A DNA stretch of 58,250 bases, the filler included, from Sphacelaria rigidula (Eukaryota): the NCBI GenBank assembly GCA_964200075.2. It is 8 parts of 8 records of this genome, joined end to end, with 100 filler letters (N's around TTAATTAATTAA, not from the genome) between each part and the next. Parts side by side here need not be neighbours in the genome. Positions count along the whole stretch, not along the records: positions 1 to 7,195 come from CAXNAA020016023.1; positions 7,296 to 14,490 come from CAXNAA020016024.1; 6 more parts are not named here. One strand, 5' to 3'. Made by a program: the position numbers and the translations under genes. Position 1 is the first letter of the stretch. Each line of letters opens with the position of its first letter. The notes below the pieces were generated by a model. It did no database searches. It saw only the letters and a list, made by a program, of their open reading frames with translations, and was not told the origin of the DNA. Positions 1 through 12,956 of the stretch are shown piece after piece.

Positions 1-3000
1 CTACCTCGAAATTCGGCAATTTCAGCCCCGACGAGTATCCCTCACGTTTACGTGCACGTTCAGCTGCAATACGCTCCAGCACTTGAACGTGGAAACGTTC
101 TTGCAAGTCCAAGACTCCTTGCAATGCACTCTTGATTTGAACATCGTCCAAAACATCACACTTCCATTTCCCCGCCGACGAGGACCCCAGCACCGAGAAA
201 GACGTCCGAGGGGCACGGCCAAACATCACGAGATACGGTGTACTATCGTACCGACGGCGATATGCTGTATTTAGCGCCTATTGCACAGCGGGCAACACGT
301 TCATCCACTCGGTCACATCTCGACGCTGCTCGAGAAGAACAGAGCGAAGAGTACGAACTACTTCCTTTACCATGCGTTCGCACGTACCGTGAGACCGCGG
401 AGAATACGCTACCGCAAACCGGTGATCAACGCGCAAAGCCTCTCGCAGCCGAGCCAAGATCGCATTCTTAAAATGCGTGGCGGTATCACTCACCCACACA
501 CGGGGCACCCCCAAAGTTTTGCACCAGTTCAGCAAAGACGTAGCAGTCGATTCAGCAGTACACACGGCTACTGGTTCCAGAGCCACAAAATTGCTCAAAT
601 CATCCATGATGACCAAAATGTATCGGAACCCAGTATCCTCCAACAAACCTTGGGAAGCTAGCAGGCCACTCTCGCCCACGTACAAGAAGTCAAAATGAGC
701 GACTTCATTCGGCGTGGTCCCATGGACCGGTTCACCGAGCGGGCGGGGAACAACATCGCCCGCCCTCGAGTCAGCACAGTGAAGACACTGGCGGACAAAT
801 TCGCGCACATTAGTTTTCATCCCCCGCCAGACACGAAACTTTTGCAAGTGCACGAGCATCGCAGCCACACCACGATGTCCGGCATCGCGCATGTGCGCAC
901 AAATCATCAACCGTACCTGCAACTGCTTGTCAAAACTCGGAATCCACAAAACGTTTCGACCACGCACATGCACACGAAACAGACCTTCATTGTCCAAGAT
1001 ACTCGAAAGATTGCACATCCGCATCTTCGGCCCCAAGGTCTTTTCGTTGCGCTTGGCGGACAACAGATTTGGACGACATCGAGTCATCAGGTTCGCACGG
1101 GCCATATACAGCCACAGCGCGCGCAGGCAGAGTGGGAATATTCACCCAGCGCGACAGCAAGTTACCCCACGCGTTACGCTCACCCGAAATATGACAAATC
1201 GTGTACCGATACTGTCCTAATACTCCTTTCCACCCCTCCAATCGCTGTGCCAACGCCTTCGACACAGACGTCACGCATGCCTCCGGGTTGAAAATGTACG
1301 CTAGATTTCGGTGATCCGTGAAAATGTGTACGCCACTCCACAAAAGATGCTCGAGACGACGAAAAGCGTTCACGATAGCGAAACCTTCTTTGTCAATGGT
1401 TGCCCAACGCATCTGGGAACCCTTGAAATTACCACTCAGAAAAGCCAGCGGTTCATGCGGTATGTCATCAACCGGCAACCGTTGTTGCATTTCTGCATCA
1501 GGCAACTGCGTTACAAAACTACCCCAATGGCACTCAAATGCATCGGGAAACATTGACAGCTGACAATCTGGACGAGGATGGAGCAGCGTCACTGCATCAG
1601 CCACCAGATCCTTCGCTGCCGCCCACGCCTGCAGCCTGCCCTCCGTCCACGATGCAGCCTTCTGCGGGAACGCATTATCCGGACTGGACCACCCCGCCTG
1701 CAAATTCCGTAACACCAACCTGAGCGCCAAAAGGGCCGCCATGCACAATGCCAACCAACTCGGCTTCACTGGATCATACCGCCGCGGCTTCGTCTTCACC
1801 GCGGACGCCCCAGGTTTTGGCTGAACACGCATGGGCTCCACACGCGCAGGGGGATCACCCCGCAGCGCACGACGAAACGCGTTGACGCAGCAATGCAATA
1901 TACCGCGCAGGCGCTCCGCTTTTGAGACGCTGAGGCCTTTCGCCTCAGTATCCGTCACGCTCTCTTCCAGCGCGACTTTCCGAGCGGACTCCTCATCCGC
2001 CAGATCAATAAATATCTCCGGGCCACGCTCCGCCAAGCGTTCCACCGCCTCATCACGCTCCTCGGACACCTGCCCCCCCGTCTCCTAGAGAGCATCAACC
2101 GACAAGCTCACTCTGCGACTGGCCAAAAAAGCAGGCGTCTCGACACTCGAACCGGGCGACGGCATTTGCGTATTTAGGGACTCAAACAACCGAGCATACG
2201 GATCGACTTCGAGTGCCCGAAGCGTCCGTATGCCCAATAGAACGACACCATCCGTCCCCGGCATGATCGCAAACAATATTGGGGGAAATTTTGCTGGTCC
2301 CCAGGTAGTCAGGAACGCCAACTGTAGGAGAGTCGTACGCTCCGTCACATTTATACGTTACCCAGATGCGGTGATGGCCTGTCGCGCCCCGAGCGAGAAC
2401 GGAATTTGGATTTTCTCACCGGGGAGTAGACGCTCCAGCACCTCCACAATTAGCACCGACACGCTCGTGAAGTGGGCGCCTGAATCCAACACCGCTTTGA
2501 TCGATATAGCTCCCCGCGCCCGTTGATCGGGCCGATGTAACTCGGCAGGGACATAATTGTCTTGGTCCTCGACCGGCACCTGCTCCGCCGACTGATGGGT
2601 CGTAATCCCCACTTGGCGCCACGGCTGCGCGCGCGGCGCATGCATAGACGCCCCCGCTGGGGCCACCAGCACCGCCGGCGGGTACGAAGCCCCGCCCGCA
2701 GAACCAAATTGCAGTGGTGCCCCGGTCGGCGCAGGAGCGGATTCAAATTTCAGCTGAAAACCGGCCGGCTCCGCAGCCGGCGTCTCGCCTTGCTCTGCTG
2801 CCGGCGGCGCCGGCACCGAGCCCGATACTAGAGAGGTCGGGCCCACCTGCACCGCCCGTTGCGGAACAGCAGCCCCTGTGGCTGAACCGAATTCAGAACC
2901 GGACCCCTGCTGACGCCGCTGGTGCTGGTGCTGCTGGGAACTCGACTGTGCACCTCCACCGCTGGAGGATCCGCCGCTGCCGCCACCACGACTACCTCGC

Positions 3001-3866
3001 ATTTTGTGATTGCGAGGGTACGCGTCACTCGTCTGCCTCGACTCCCCCTCAGAAGGAGTTGGGCACTTCCGTGCGATGTGATCTGCCTGGTCACACTGAA
3101 AGCAAGTAAAATTGGAGGCGGCACTGCCTACGGATTTTGATCCGCGGTTACGCGAGCTCGAAGACTGCGGCGACGAAGTGGATGATTTTCCGAATACTTC
3201 GACCCGCCGCCATGCCTGAGCTTCAGCCACCACGGTATCCATGACTAAATACAGGTCCGACTTCCAATTTGTTTCGTGCTGTAACTGTACAAGCACGGCC
3301 TGCTTAAATTTCGCCAGTGCCAGACCCTCCACCATCGCTTTAGTAACCACCGCAGTGGACCCTGGGCGAAATTCCCCATCGGACGAACGATGAATCATCT
3401 CTACGTTGGGGTTTTCCGAAAAATACGTTTCCAACTTACCCATTATGGGCTCCACCCTCTCACGCATGGTCCTCCCCTTGTGGTTCATTGCGACAGCCTT
3501 CGCTACGGCCGCGGACGCCTGAGTAAGCTCTTCCTCCGCTCCTGCCGCATGCCCTGTGTGCTTCTTTATCGCTGCGGCCAACTACAGCGGCGTTATGGTA
3601 TGCTTTTCATGGAACCGCCTCGCGATTACGCGTTGCAAGGGGGTAGGCGCGAGTTGCGCCATCGAAACCACCTGATGCCTCACCGCACCCCCTGCATTCG
3701 CATGCTCCACCCTCCTTTTGTATTCCATGTATTTCGTGTAAAATGATCGAGAGGCACCCTCACAATACAAACTCCCGTAACTGGGCGGCCACCACTCTTC
3801 CCGTAAAACGACTGGGGTTACAGTCGTTTCTGCTGGCTCTATTGACGACACCTCCGTAGTCGACAT
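1..3866 (-). mobile_element. Ty3/Gypsy LTR retrotransposon gag-pol, decayed, RT core deleted, cut by contig edge
   Basis: ORFs 3582-3866, 2358-3581, 2085-2348 and 987-2069 share one frame and are separated by single stops. Motifs in order: zinc knuckle CFQCDQADHIARKC, protease AVLDSGA, RNase H (MFPDA..WGSFVTQ, WATIDKEGFAIV, IFTDHRNL). Integrase follows in 278-1105 (H..GH..CLHC, HFDFLY, VSDTATHF, GTCERMV) and continues past a TAG as ALNTAYRRRY. Order PR-(RT)-RH-IN indicates Gypsy. Confidence 0.93.
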
Positions 3867-4489
3867 TTTCGAGCGGAAAATCGAAGATTTCTGAAACCTT
3901 CTGGAACTTCAGCTCACACCTGCTCTTTTCGCCGCTCCACACAGCGCTGGGGTCCTATAAACACCCGCTGTACGCAGCTCCAGCAAGGCTCCAGTCTGGA
4001 TCAATCACGGGCCAACCGCCTTTGCAGGTACCTCAGCTTGAAACCTCCTCACGCGTCCGTGAAGCTCTATGCCCGAAGCTAATCACAAGCTATCCAGACG
4101 TCTCCCTGCTGAAAAATTTCAGCCGTCTTAAACGATAGCACCTACTAGCCCGCCTAGCACTAGCACTAATATCGATATTGTGGCGCTAGCAGGTTTGCTA
4201 GTACTGCAGCGTCTAAATGCTGTTGAGGGACTCCCCAGTTCCGCTGGCCTCAAAGGTCCTAGTTGTCAGCCTTCACAACACCTTATCATTACCGGAGTAA
4301 ACACCTGCAAACCCGTACCATCAGGCCTGGGCTACACAGCAAGGATCATCATCCACAGGATGCCCTTGTCCCCTGGTCATCATCCAGGATCCACTATATA
4401 CTCAACCGTGACGGCGTGATTTTGTCACAGCCTCGAAGTTCGAGTTTCAAAGGGCGCCTCAAAGATTGAGCTTGTCGATAAAGACTCAT

Positions 4490-5200
4490 TCTTGACAAAC
4501 CGTGGAGGGATTGCGTGACACGTAAAATGAACCTGGGGATCTGGTTCGCGCGTCGTTTGCCAGCAAGTATCAACGATTGTCGCTCAAGGAGTGATATGGT
4601 ATTATACTGGGTCACATCAACCCGGCAGCCAACAAGCACCTGGAGAAGCGAGGGCTCATCGATGATCCTCATACTACGGCGGCCTCCGATATGCGCTGCA
4701 GGCGCTGGAATAGAAAGGCAAGTCCGAGGCAGGAGCCCCAAAGCACCCGGTGAAGTCGTGCACACTGAAGGACATTTCCGCGCCAATGCCATGGGCACCA
4801 AATACTCTAAGGGTTTCGTGAACGAAGCCAGTCGAGCAAAGCACGTCGTTGAACATAACACGCGAGATGCTGCTACTGGTATCACCGGAGCCTATATTGA
4901 CGAATAGCTCGTGATGGAGTGGCCATCAAATACATCAGCGGAGATGGTGCTCGGTAACCCGGACGGTCCGTGAAATTCCAGCGTATTTTGACTCACTGCG
5001 GGATCATGTGGCACCATTCTCCCTCCAGGACCCTATAAAGCAACGTAATTGCTATATGTACCATCGAGCAGCTCATGCAGCAGCGCTAAGTCAACCCGTG
5101 TGATCTCGGGGTGGTGAGCAGTACTGGTTCTTCGCCGTGGCAGATACAGCATTGAAGACTGTTGGGAAACCCCGCGTTTGTCATGGGGGTGGAGCGCCAT
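4490..5200 (+). mobile_element. Degenerate Ty1/Copia pre-integrase/integrase fragment
   Basis: Frames give GHINPAANKHLEKRGLIDD..ASDMRC and SPKAPGEVVHTEGHF..KYSKGFVNEASR..AYIDE. The first is clearly homologous to the Copia segment at 14863-15144 (GHTDPAAMKHLERRGLVD). Many stops and frameshifts. Confidence 0.65.
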
Positions 5201-5599
5201 GCGAGATATTAGCAAGAAGAACGTTCAATTGCCATCAACTCCACATGTGGGGGTCGGAATGCTCCGTCCATCAACACCAGCGGCAACGCGGTGTCACCGC
5301 GAAGTTTTATCCCTACACGAAATGCGGGATTCGGCTAGCCACAGCAAATTAACTCTCTGCTGGTACACATGGCTACCACAGGAACTGGTATAATTCGCGT
5401 ACATCAGCTTTGACTAGAACAGAGATCCTCGAAACCGTGGGGGAATTTGAAACCGTCGGCTTGAACGACAACAGTGACCATGGCGCCGCGACGAGAGCCC
5501 CTCAACGAATGAACCCCTGAGGACCCAGTCTGGACCAGAACAATAATCGCCGTCATCGCTGCAGGCTAAACGCTCGTGTCGCACGGGGAAGGCGTATGT

Positions 5600-6745
5600 C
5601 TAGCAGGCTTGCGCAGCGCGTAAGACACGACAATATGGTCTAGAAATTTGATAACTCAGCGGGGAGCGACTTCGACACGAGCAACTTGGTGGTCGCCATC
5701 CTACAAGAAGAGCCCGAAAGAGCAAAAGGCTCATTAGGTTTCTCGGGAGAAAAAGCCACAATGTTGGATGAAACCCGAACAAGTAGAAGGGTGCTACAGA
5801 CATACTATTACTCATGCGGAGAAAGAGCAAGGCAAGGACAGCGCACACGCGGCCATTTGGCTACCCCCAAACTTCCTCCAGGTGGGTACACTTTTCGAGC
5901 CTTCAGAGGAATTAAATGCCTCCGGAGGGGTGCGTGGCCATTCAGAGATGTTTTGGTTCCCTCCAGAGGGGTTGAACGCCTCCAGAGACTTATTCTTGCC
6001 TCCGGGGGGCCACGCATACCCCCAATTTCCTCCGGCGGGGTGCGCGGCCCTCTGGGTCGGTAGAGTTTGGTCTCCTCTAGAGGGATGGAAGGCCTCCGGA
6101 GGCTTGTTTTCCCCCTGAAGGGCCGCGCATCCCTCCGGAGGCATTTTGAGGTGTAGCGAAATGGCCGCGTGTGCGGCTATGCTTCGGCGTCGGTGTAGGC
6201 CAATGCAACCGTAATGGCTGAGCCTGAATCGTCCTCCGTCGAGGATGACGCCATACCAGAAGGGAAACCGTCGGCGAGCGCCGCGTCGGTCGACCGTAAG
6301 AATGTTGCTGATGTCCCTGGAGAAACACGAAACAACGAAGGACGACTTGAAGAAGACTTCAAAGGGAGGATCACGAGCCCAAGAGCCGAGAAGCTGATGA
6401 ACTGCTGGGACCACCATTACTGCCGATGAAGTCTTGAGATCATGCGACTCCAAGCGCGGGCGGGCGCTCCCAAAACCCAGAGACAGAGGCACCGTCGACA
6501 GGAAAGGAGCCGTAGGTGAAACTGGAAGATCGCGCCTTCTCAAGCGGGGATAATTGTGACCAGCGCCGAAGGGCCAAAGCACCGGAAGAGGAGCCTGGAG
6601 TCAAGGCGAGTTCGAAGGGTCCCACCCAATGGAGGAATGTGCAGACATTGTGTTTACGTAAGGCATGAAGGGAAGTGTCACACATAGCGCACTGTACATG
6701 CCAACTACAGTATGGTGAAAAGTGCGGCACTTCAGTGTGTTTCAC
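5600..6745 (+). mobile_element. Possible degenerate retroelement gag remnant, interrupted by a MITE
   Basis: Weak gag-like text (LVVAILQEEPERAK) and a near zinc knuckle (CRHCVYVRHEGKC, about 6640-6680). Heavily decayed. Confidence 0.25.
5844..6173. mobile_element. MITE family A, copy 1 (TIR CACACGCGGCCATTT)
   Basis: Ends are CACACGCGGCCATTTGGCTAC and GTAGCGAAATGGCCGCGTGTG, with internal CCTCCRGAGG repeats. Closely similar copy at 19530-19864. No convincing long TSD here. Confidence 0.85.
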
Positions 6746-6788
6746 ATCGGTTCAGCCGAAAGCACAGTGGCAAGAACGGTTCGAGAAC

Positions 6789-7026
6789 CGAGTACCGGGT
6801 CCGTTTCAGATAAGGTAGAATGTCCGTGTATTCATATAGTAGAAAGTATATATGGGATTCATAGCAAACCAGGGAAAGCACGGTAGTCCCAGTTCACCGC
6901 GGACCGGGTACCAATGGTAGCCAGCGTGTGGTACTGACTTGGAAAATACTGTAATGTGGAGCGCCCCGACTACTTCATCGCCTGGGTAATGAAGTTCATC
7001 AAACTCTCGCTGGTTCCCGGTACTCG
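6789..7026. mobile_element. Putative small MITE (11-bp inverted repeat CGAGTACCGGG)
   Basis: CGAGTACCGGG at 6789-6799 and its exact reverse complement at 7016-7026. Confidence 0.4.
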
Positions 7027-7195
7027 CATCAAAAGAGCGGGCAACTCTGTGAATGTAATAGGCCTGTCTGCTGGACTCCGGTTCCTGGAAGGGATGGGTT
7101 CCTTGCTGAAAAACATATTGCCATGGCCTAGGGTAGGTATACCTTCTCGTTTTTTGCCTAGGAAAGGTACGAAAAATGACCAGAAACGCGAAAAC

Positions 7196-7295
7196 NNNNN
7201 NNNNNNNNNNNNNNNNNNNNNNNNNNNNNNNNNNNNNNNTTAATTAATTAANNNNNNNNNNNNNNNNNNNNNNNNNNNNNNNNNNNNNNNNNNNN
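7196..7295. other. Artificial contig spacer
   Basis: N44-TTAATTAATTAA-N44, which puts stops in all six frames. Confidence 0.98.
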
Positions 7296-7504
7296 GGCTT
7301 TGTAGGGATGCGAGGTCAATGGTCTTATGACTATGGGATGCATGATCATGAGTACACGCCCCCCTGTGTTTGCCTTACACTTGGTCGTCGACCATTGTAA
7401 CAATTAGTACTCCCCCATAGCCCGTCGACTCGCGTTTGATCGTTTCCCGCCTCTCGTTTGTTCTCACGGTTTTGACAGAAGAAACCAAAAGATAGGTTTG
7501 TATT

Positions 7505-7513
7505 TGTTGCTGC

Positions 7514-7544
<31 letters not shown>

Positions 7545-7572
7545 GATGATGATGATGACGATGATGTTGTTG
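7505..7572. repeat. (TTG)n/(TGA)n compound microsatellite
   Basis: Direct reading. Confidence 0.9.
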
Positions 7573-8599
7573 TTTTGCGGTTAATTTGTTTTCGTTGACG
7601 TTGTTTTGTTCAACCACCTTCCTTGACGTCATGCTGTGTGGGTCTAGCGTTTTTGTTTTTGCTGTTTTTGTTTTTTCTTTGGGACTGGCACAAAGACAAT
7701 TAAACTTATCGTTACCTCTTTTTTTTGTGTGTGTGCTTTTTGTCTGTTCGCAGTCTACTCTGTGCTGTCCCCCTCTTCCTCGCTTGATTCTTCCGCTTCC
7801 CTAATTCCTTTGATTAACTTCCCTTCAGCGACTGTTACCGTACATCTAGCTTGGGTACGTCCATATATCGCCCGACCGTGGCTCGATTCATAGCGCGCAT
7901 CAGTTAATGCACGACATTCTGTCGATTCAATCAAGCACTTCTTGGGATGAAACCCCACCGAAACCACCCAAACTGATGATCATGTTCCAGTTCGACCACG
8001 GAGAGCATTTGCGTCACACGTCGGAACAAACGCACACGGGGAGCAAGTAGGACACGATCTTTTTGTGCGAGAAAAACTACGTTGGTCGTTTGCGTCTAGT
8101 GTACACATCTACGTTGATCTGACTCCAATTTTCAAGAAACTCCCGGGGTCTGCCTTGTACGGGCACACAGGTCCAAGGTCAAGTTAGCGCTGCACTGGAG
8201 AATTTGCTGTCGTACATGATCAGCCTTGATGTGTCCTGTCTGCCGGCACTTGCACCTCTCAGAAAGTGTGCACGTCACAAATCCGAAGCTGTACGTTTCA
8301 GGGTCACCGTAAGATCACCTTCTCATCGTTGGTGTGACGAGAGAGTGAAGCTTGCGCGAGTTCGCCATCATATCACCTCGGCTGAAACATAGTTGATTTT
8401 AGTGAAGGACCATCCAGATTCGGACCTTCAGAGGGCTGACAGTCCCGAGGGCTCCCATCGTGCGCAGCAGGCGTTTTTTGCTTGAACCGGCGCCCGCTGC
8501 GCCGAATCGAGACCTCTGCCAACGCGCTCACTTTGCCCAGGGTACACTTCATGCATCTCCGTCACCCCAGGGTTCTCGGTATGCCTTCGGTTGGTATTA

Positions 8600-8814
8600 G
8601 AGGTGTCTCAAACTCGGCTCCCGGTATCCTGGTTTATTCGCCGGCTCTGAGTCGTTTACTATTTTTTCCAAGTGAAATTGATCACGATTCATAGGAGAAC
8701 CTGACCTGGCGGTGAAAGGGTCTGTCTCATGATCTGATGAATCGCCATCACTTTTACTTGAAAAAAGTAGAACAAAACAAACCAGGATACCGGGAGCCGT
8801 GTTCGAGATACCTC
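8600..8814. mobile_element. Foldback MITE with TA flanks (Tc1/mariner-like)
   Basis: TA|GAGGTGTCTCAAACTCGGCTCCCGGTATCCTGGTTT ... AAACCAGGATACCGGGAGCCGTGTTCGAGATACCTC|TA, with further internal inverted similarity. Confidence 0.7.
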
Positions 8815-8821
8815 TAATTGA

Positions 8822-8981
8822 CCCTTTTGGGACCGGACTCCCAAAAACATGGTGTTTGCACGCAGGGGTCTTTTTGATAATCGGTATCATCGTCACTCAT
8901 TTTCAAGTAAAAATGATGCTGGTTTACCAAAAGGCCCTTGCGGGCAAACACCATATCTCTGGGAGTCCGGTCCCAAAAGGG
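8822..8981. mobile_element. piggyBac-like MITE
   Basis: TIR CCCTTTTGGGACCGGACTCCCA ... TGGGAGTCCGGTCCCAAAAGGG. Flanks are TTGA (degenerate) and TTAA. Confidence 0.8.
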
Positions 8982-9445
8982 TTAAGGGTAAGGTTAGGGT
9001 TGGATCCAGAACGCGTCAAAAATATGATGAAATGACGATCAATCCCATGTAAACCCGCCTCTGTGACTCTGTGACGAATTAGTGTCAGATTTCACGTCAA
9101 GAAGAAATTGCTGAACAAAGTACCCCCGTGGTTTTGATACTAGACCCAAGTACTAGGTCAACATTGGTGTACTGTACTCTACGGCGCTTTTCAGAGGGGA
9201 TTTCGGTGTAGTGGCAAGTCATCCAAAACTCGAATTTTGACTCATCTTTGAGCGTGTCGCACTAGTCACATTTTTTATTTTTTATTTTTTGACGATTCAT
9301 ATTCAAAAGTTGTTGCTCCACCTCCACCACGACCCTGACTGCGAAAATGCTGACGTTTTTCGGATAATACTCTCGTGCACCCTCCGCCCTTTTGTTATTG
9401 TTCTGAACTCGGGATGAAATGGACGGACGGGGCTGGTGTGGACAG

Positions 9446-12400
9446 CACTGCGATCCGTACAAGGACGAGAACATCCCCGATGCTCCCAAGGACCTGGTCG
9501 CGGAGCTATCCAGAAGATATATCATGCTCTTCGAGATTATCACTGGCCAGGCATGCATATACCGACGACTGTTTGCATTTTTTTTGTTGATTAATTCGAT
9601 TGATCAATTGTTGCACCTCAACTGACTACTGATGGACCCCGCTCTGGTCACATGATGTAGCCGAGGTGGAAAAACGGGAAGGCTTTGCTAAAGGGAAACA
9701 GAAAAGTGGGGAGAAAAATAAATAGAACTTAAGGAGTAACCCGAGGAATAGAAATCGAAACAAATTAAATCTAAAATAGAGAAGAACAAAAAAAAAATGT
9801 CGTTGAATTTATCGTATGATTGGTAGTGTTCGGGTGCAATTACAATTTCGCCGTCTGCGACTGTGCGCGGGGTTATGAAAGCTGATACATTTTTGGAAAT
9901 GAGAAAACTTTCGACCTGAAAACTGAAATACTTTTTGGATTCAAGACAGAAATTTTGTGGGAATCGAAAGTGCTCTTTTTTCTTTCGAAGACTAAAATAT
10001 GCATTGAAATCGAAAATCGAAATATTTTTAGAATTGAAAGTCGAAGTATTTTTGTAATAAGAAAATCGAAATATTTTCAGAATTTAAAGGAGAAATATTT
10101 TTGTAATCGAAATTGCGAAATATTTTTGAAAGTCAAGATATTGAAGTATTATTACACCGAAAACTGAAGTATTTGGACCAACAACAAAAAGACTGCTTCC
10201 AATTGTTTGGAAATGATTTGATCCCTGCATCCCAGAGCGAGTGTTTGCTGACTGTCCTTATTTTGATGCAAACATGGTTGAGAACACCCTACGTGTGTGT
10301 TGCCAGTACTGTTATCACTATGCACACGTAGCTGCTGCTCAGCAGCCTGTGTCCCCCTCCACTACATCGGAGCTTTGGTGGGACAGGAATCAGCGATGGC
10401 TACATACGGCACATGCCGACTATCCCAACATTCCTTGGCTCTAGGCTGCTGAAAATACTGAGTGCTCACTGGGTACCCGCCTCCATACTTTCGAAGCAGT
10501 AACCGTACCCCATCCTACCAGCTGGCCCAGGCAAAAAAGGACCTACAAGAGATTTCGGGGACAACACCACGAGCAGCTGCAAATTAATGTACACCGAGTA
10601 CGCTCCTTAGAACCGTACAACGGCCTCAAAGCGTCTCGCGCGCTCCCATCCATCGTTCGGGTGCTTCCACCTCTTCATGCCATGCCCGCGCACCCACCCA
10701 ACACGGTCTGGTGGCGGCAGTTACGAAACGGAATGATGCACCCAATCAGCACGCAACTGAGACAGTTCCTGCTCGGTTGTCCTCAATGTTGGTGTGTGCG
10801 TTGGTGATAACGAGGCAAAACTAACGATACCTGTTTCGACGAACACAGCTCGTCGGCGCTCGAAACTAACAACCAAAACAAGTTTAGGGGGGGAACATGT
10901 ACATCAATGTACGGCATATATATATACACACACATAACTTCGACTCTTATTTCGATTTGTGGAGCAATGCTACGGTAGGGGTGCACTGTTTGCACAGAAT
11001 ATCGTCTGGTTCAGGGGCTCCTAACGATTTCTAGATGCACAAGAAGATGGGTCAGGGCATTCCCGTTTGCAAATTCTTTCGGGATATATACCCCTAGCAC
11101 ATTGGAATAGTAATACCGGCGTACTCTCACATATTTCATGAGTCGTGTTTTGGATTAGATAAAGGGCTCCTGGCAATTCTAACCTCAAAATATATTCGTG
11201 TAACCCTACCGTAGCATCACTCTGTGAGAGTTGACGCGTGGAGGTTTGACGGGGGGAGTGGCTTACCCAGTCAAATGTCGCCACTTCCGACACATGTTCT
11301 TACTCTTCTCTTAATTGTGGAGATGAAGGCGGGTCTTTATTTCAGAGATTCAGTCAAATGGTCTTCGACCGGGCGATTTGCTCATCTCCTCAGTGGGGGG
11401 GGTGAAGAACCGCGTTTTATCCTTGTTAGTGTGCCGTTGACTCCGCCCCCTTTTCGGGGACGAGTCTGCAGACTAGTCGCGAGGAATATCTGATCTACCT
11501 GGTTCTCGTTACCCCGGTATCTGCGTGTCTTGCGCTTCATGTCGAAGCATGGAGCAAGACATCAGCGTCCTCCCGTTACTCGTCGACCCTCATCGATTTA
11601 CTTCGTGTTGCGAATGCAAATATTCAAAAATTCCTGATGACACTGTTTCCCTGGAGTTGCGGGACTAGGAAGGCCTCAGGAGCGGCTTTTTATGGCAACA
11701 GGCCCCGAATACACAAATTTGGGGACCTCAAGCCTTTCTGAGAGGGCGATATTGACCTAACGTTTGAGTTTTAGGACCTCCTAGTTCTCTGAGGAGTGGT
11801 GCTTTGATACATTATTCCAAATTTTGGGTAGAGTGTTGAGATCGTACTCAGCAATACCAAGATATATCGGTAGAGTAATGCGATCGTGCCCAAATTTACG
11901 CAAGAGTTTGAAGATTGAGCCATCGCCACATAAACTCCGAGAGAGTAAATACCCGAGTATGCATCCTACCCAACGCATCCTTGGACTTTCGGTATCTCAC
12001 GGCAGTGTACACATCTGCGCAACTCCAAGTCAAGCCGTGTATGTAGAGAACGAAATGGGGGTCGCAGATCTGCAGTCGCGCCCCGATGCTTTGACTGGTG
12101 CAGCAAAAGCCGTAGCACCTAGCGTACAAGGTTGCGGGGGTTAAAGCCCGTAAGATACAATCTGTCTGAGTATAATATTTTTTAACGTAGTTGAAAGCGT
12201 GGCGGTGCGGGTGGCGAAGAAATTCGAAGATGGGTCGTCATTGGTGCGGTGAGTGCTGACCCACTCCTCGATAGTGCAGCGAGGTGTCAGGCCTGTTCCG
12301 GCGAAGAGATGAGCTGGTCCCTCGAGGCTATGGACTCGTTTCGACCAGGAGGAAGGGGTGGGTTTGAATGAGTTACAGAACGAAAAATGCATTTGCATTG

Positions 12401-12773
12401 TGTATGCAGACACTTGGAGTTGTCAAGGTTTGACCGGTGTTGCTGAGACACCGGAAGTCGACGAACATGTAGTTGCGACGAAACCACAACTGGAAACAGA
12501 TGTGTCGTTGGAACATGATCCTAATATATCAACTACACAACCACCCTGACGGATGCAAGCATTCGATTGTAGATACAATTCTGATTTCCCCTCTTTGGTG
12601 CCTCACTCTCACCCCCCCCCTCCCGGCCTTTCGTTTGTCCCGTTGCTGCTGCGGCTGCGGCTGCGCACGATTTGCAGGATTTTGTGTTCCCTAGTGCGGC
12701 CGGTCCGTCAGTCGATGAGCGAATGTCCACCGCTGTGTCCGGGTTCCTGGCTGCTTCTCCGTCGATCCCGTAG
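9446..12773 (+). CDS. purC: SAICAR synthase (phosphoribosylaminoimidazole-succinocarboxamide synthase), last two coding exons
   Basis: Exon 9446-9550 (after CAG) gives HCDPYKDENIPDAPKDLVAELSRRYIMLFEIITGQ, like plant PUR7-type C-termini. Exon 12678-12773 (after TTTGCAG) gives DFVFPSAAGPSVDERMSTAVSGFLAASPSIP*. Both are phase 0. The donor at 9551 is GC. I did not find upstream exons in this contig. Confidence 0.85.
9895..10172. repeat. Degenerate AT-rich minisatellite (GAAATCGAAAATCGAAATATTTTT-like units), intronic
   Basis: Repeated TCGAAATATTTT-like motifs roughly every 20-25 bp. Confidence 0.65.
10967..11217. mobile_element. Putative MITE (14-bp inverted repeat ATGCTACGGTAGGG)
   Basis: ATGCTACGGTAGGG at 10967-10980 and CCCTACCGTAGCAT at 11204-11217. 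Confidence 0.4.
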
Positions 12774-12924
12774 GGATGTTGTACGAAGGGGAAAGGGCGA
12801 GAGCATAATAAGCTGACTTGCGCGACCGTTTGGCCACTCGCTGAATTTCCCGCGTCGGTAGCGGTAGAAGTACGAGTACAATGGTAGCGTAACACGTATG
12901 ACGATGTGTACGAGGAATCCGTGG

Positions 12925-12931
12925 TTTATAT
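12925..12931 (+). promoter_or_regulatory. TATA-like box about 30 bp upstream of the U6 copy
   Basis: TTTATAT at the spacing expected for a type-3 Pol III promoter. Confidence 0.45.
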
Positions 12932-12956
12932 GTGGGTTTGCACGTGCAGCGAACGG

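Noticed and set aside
3582..3584. Programmed stop-codon readthrough in Gypsy gag-pol
   Set aside because: Several scattered in-frame stops and a frameshift indicate decay, not a single recoding site.
5812..6582. 256-aa ORF, and similar ORFs across 19347-19984
   Set aside because: Chance open frames through GC-rich MITE family A and the antisense of decayed elements.
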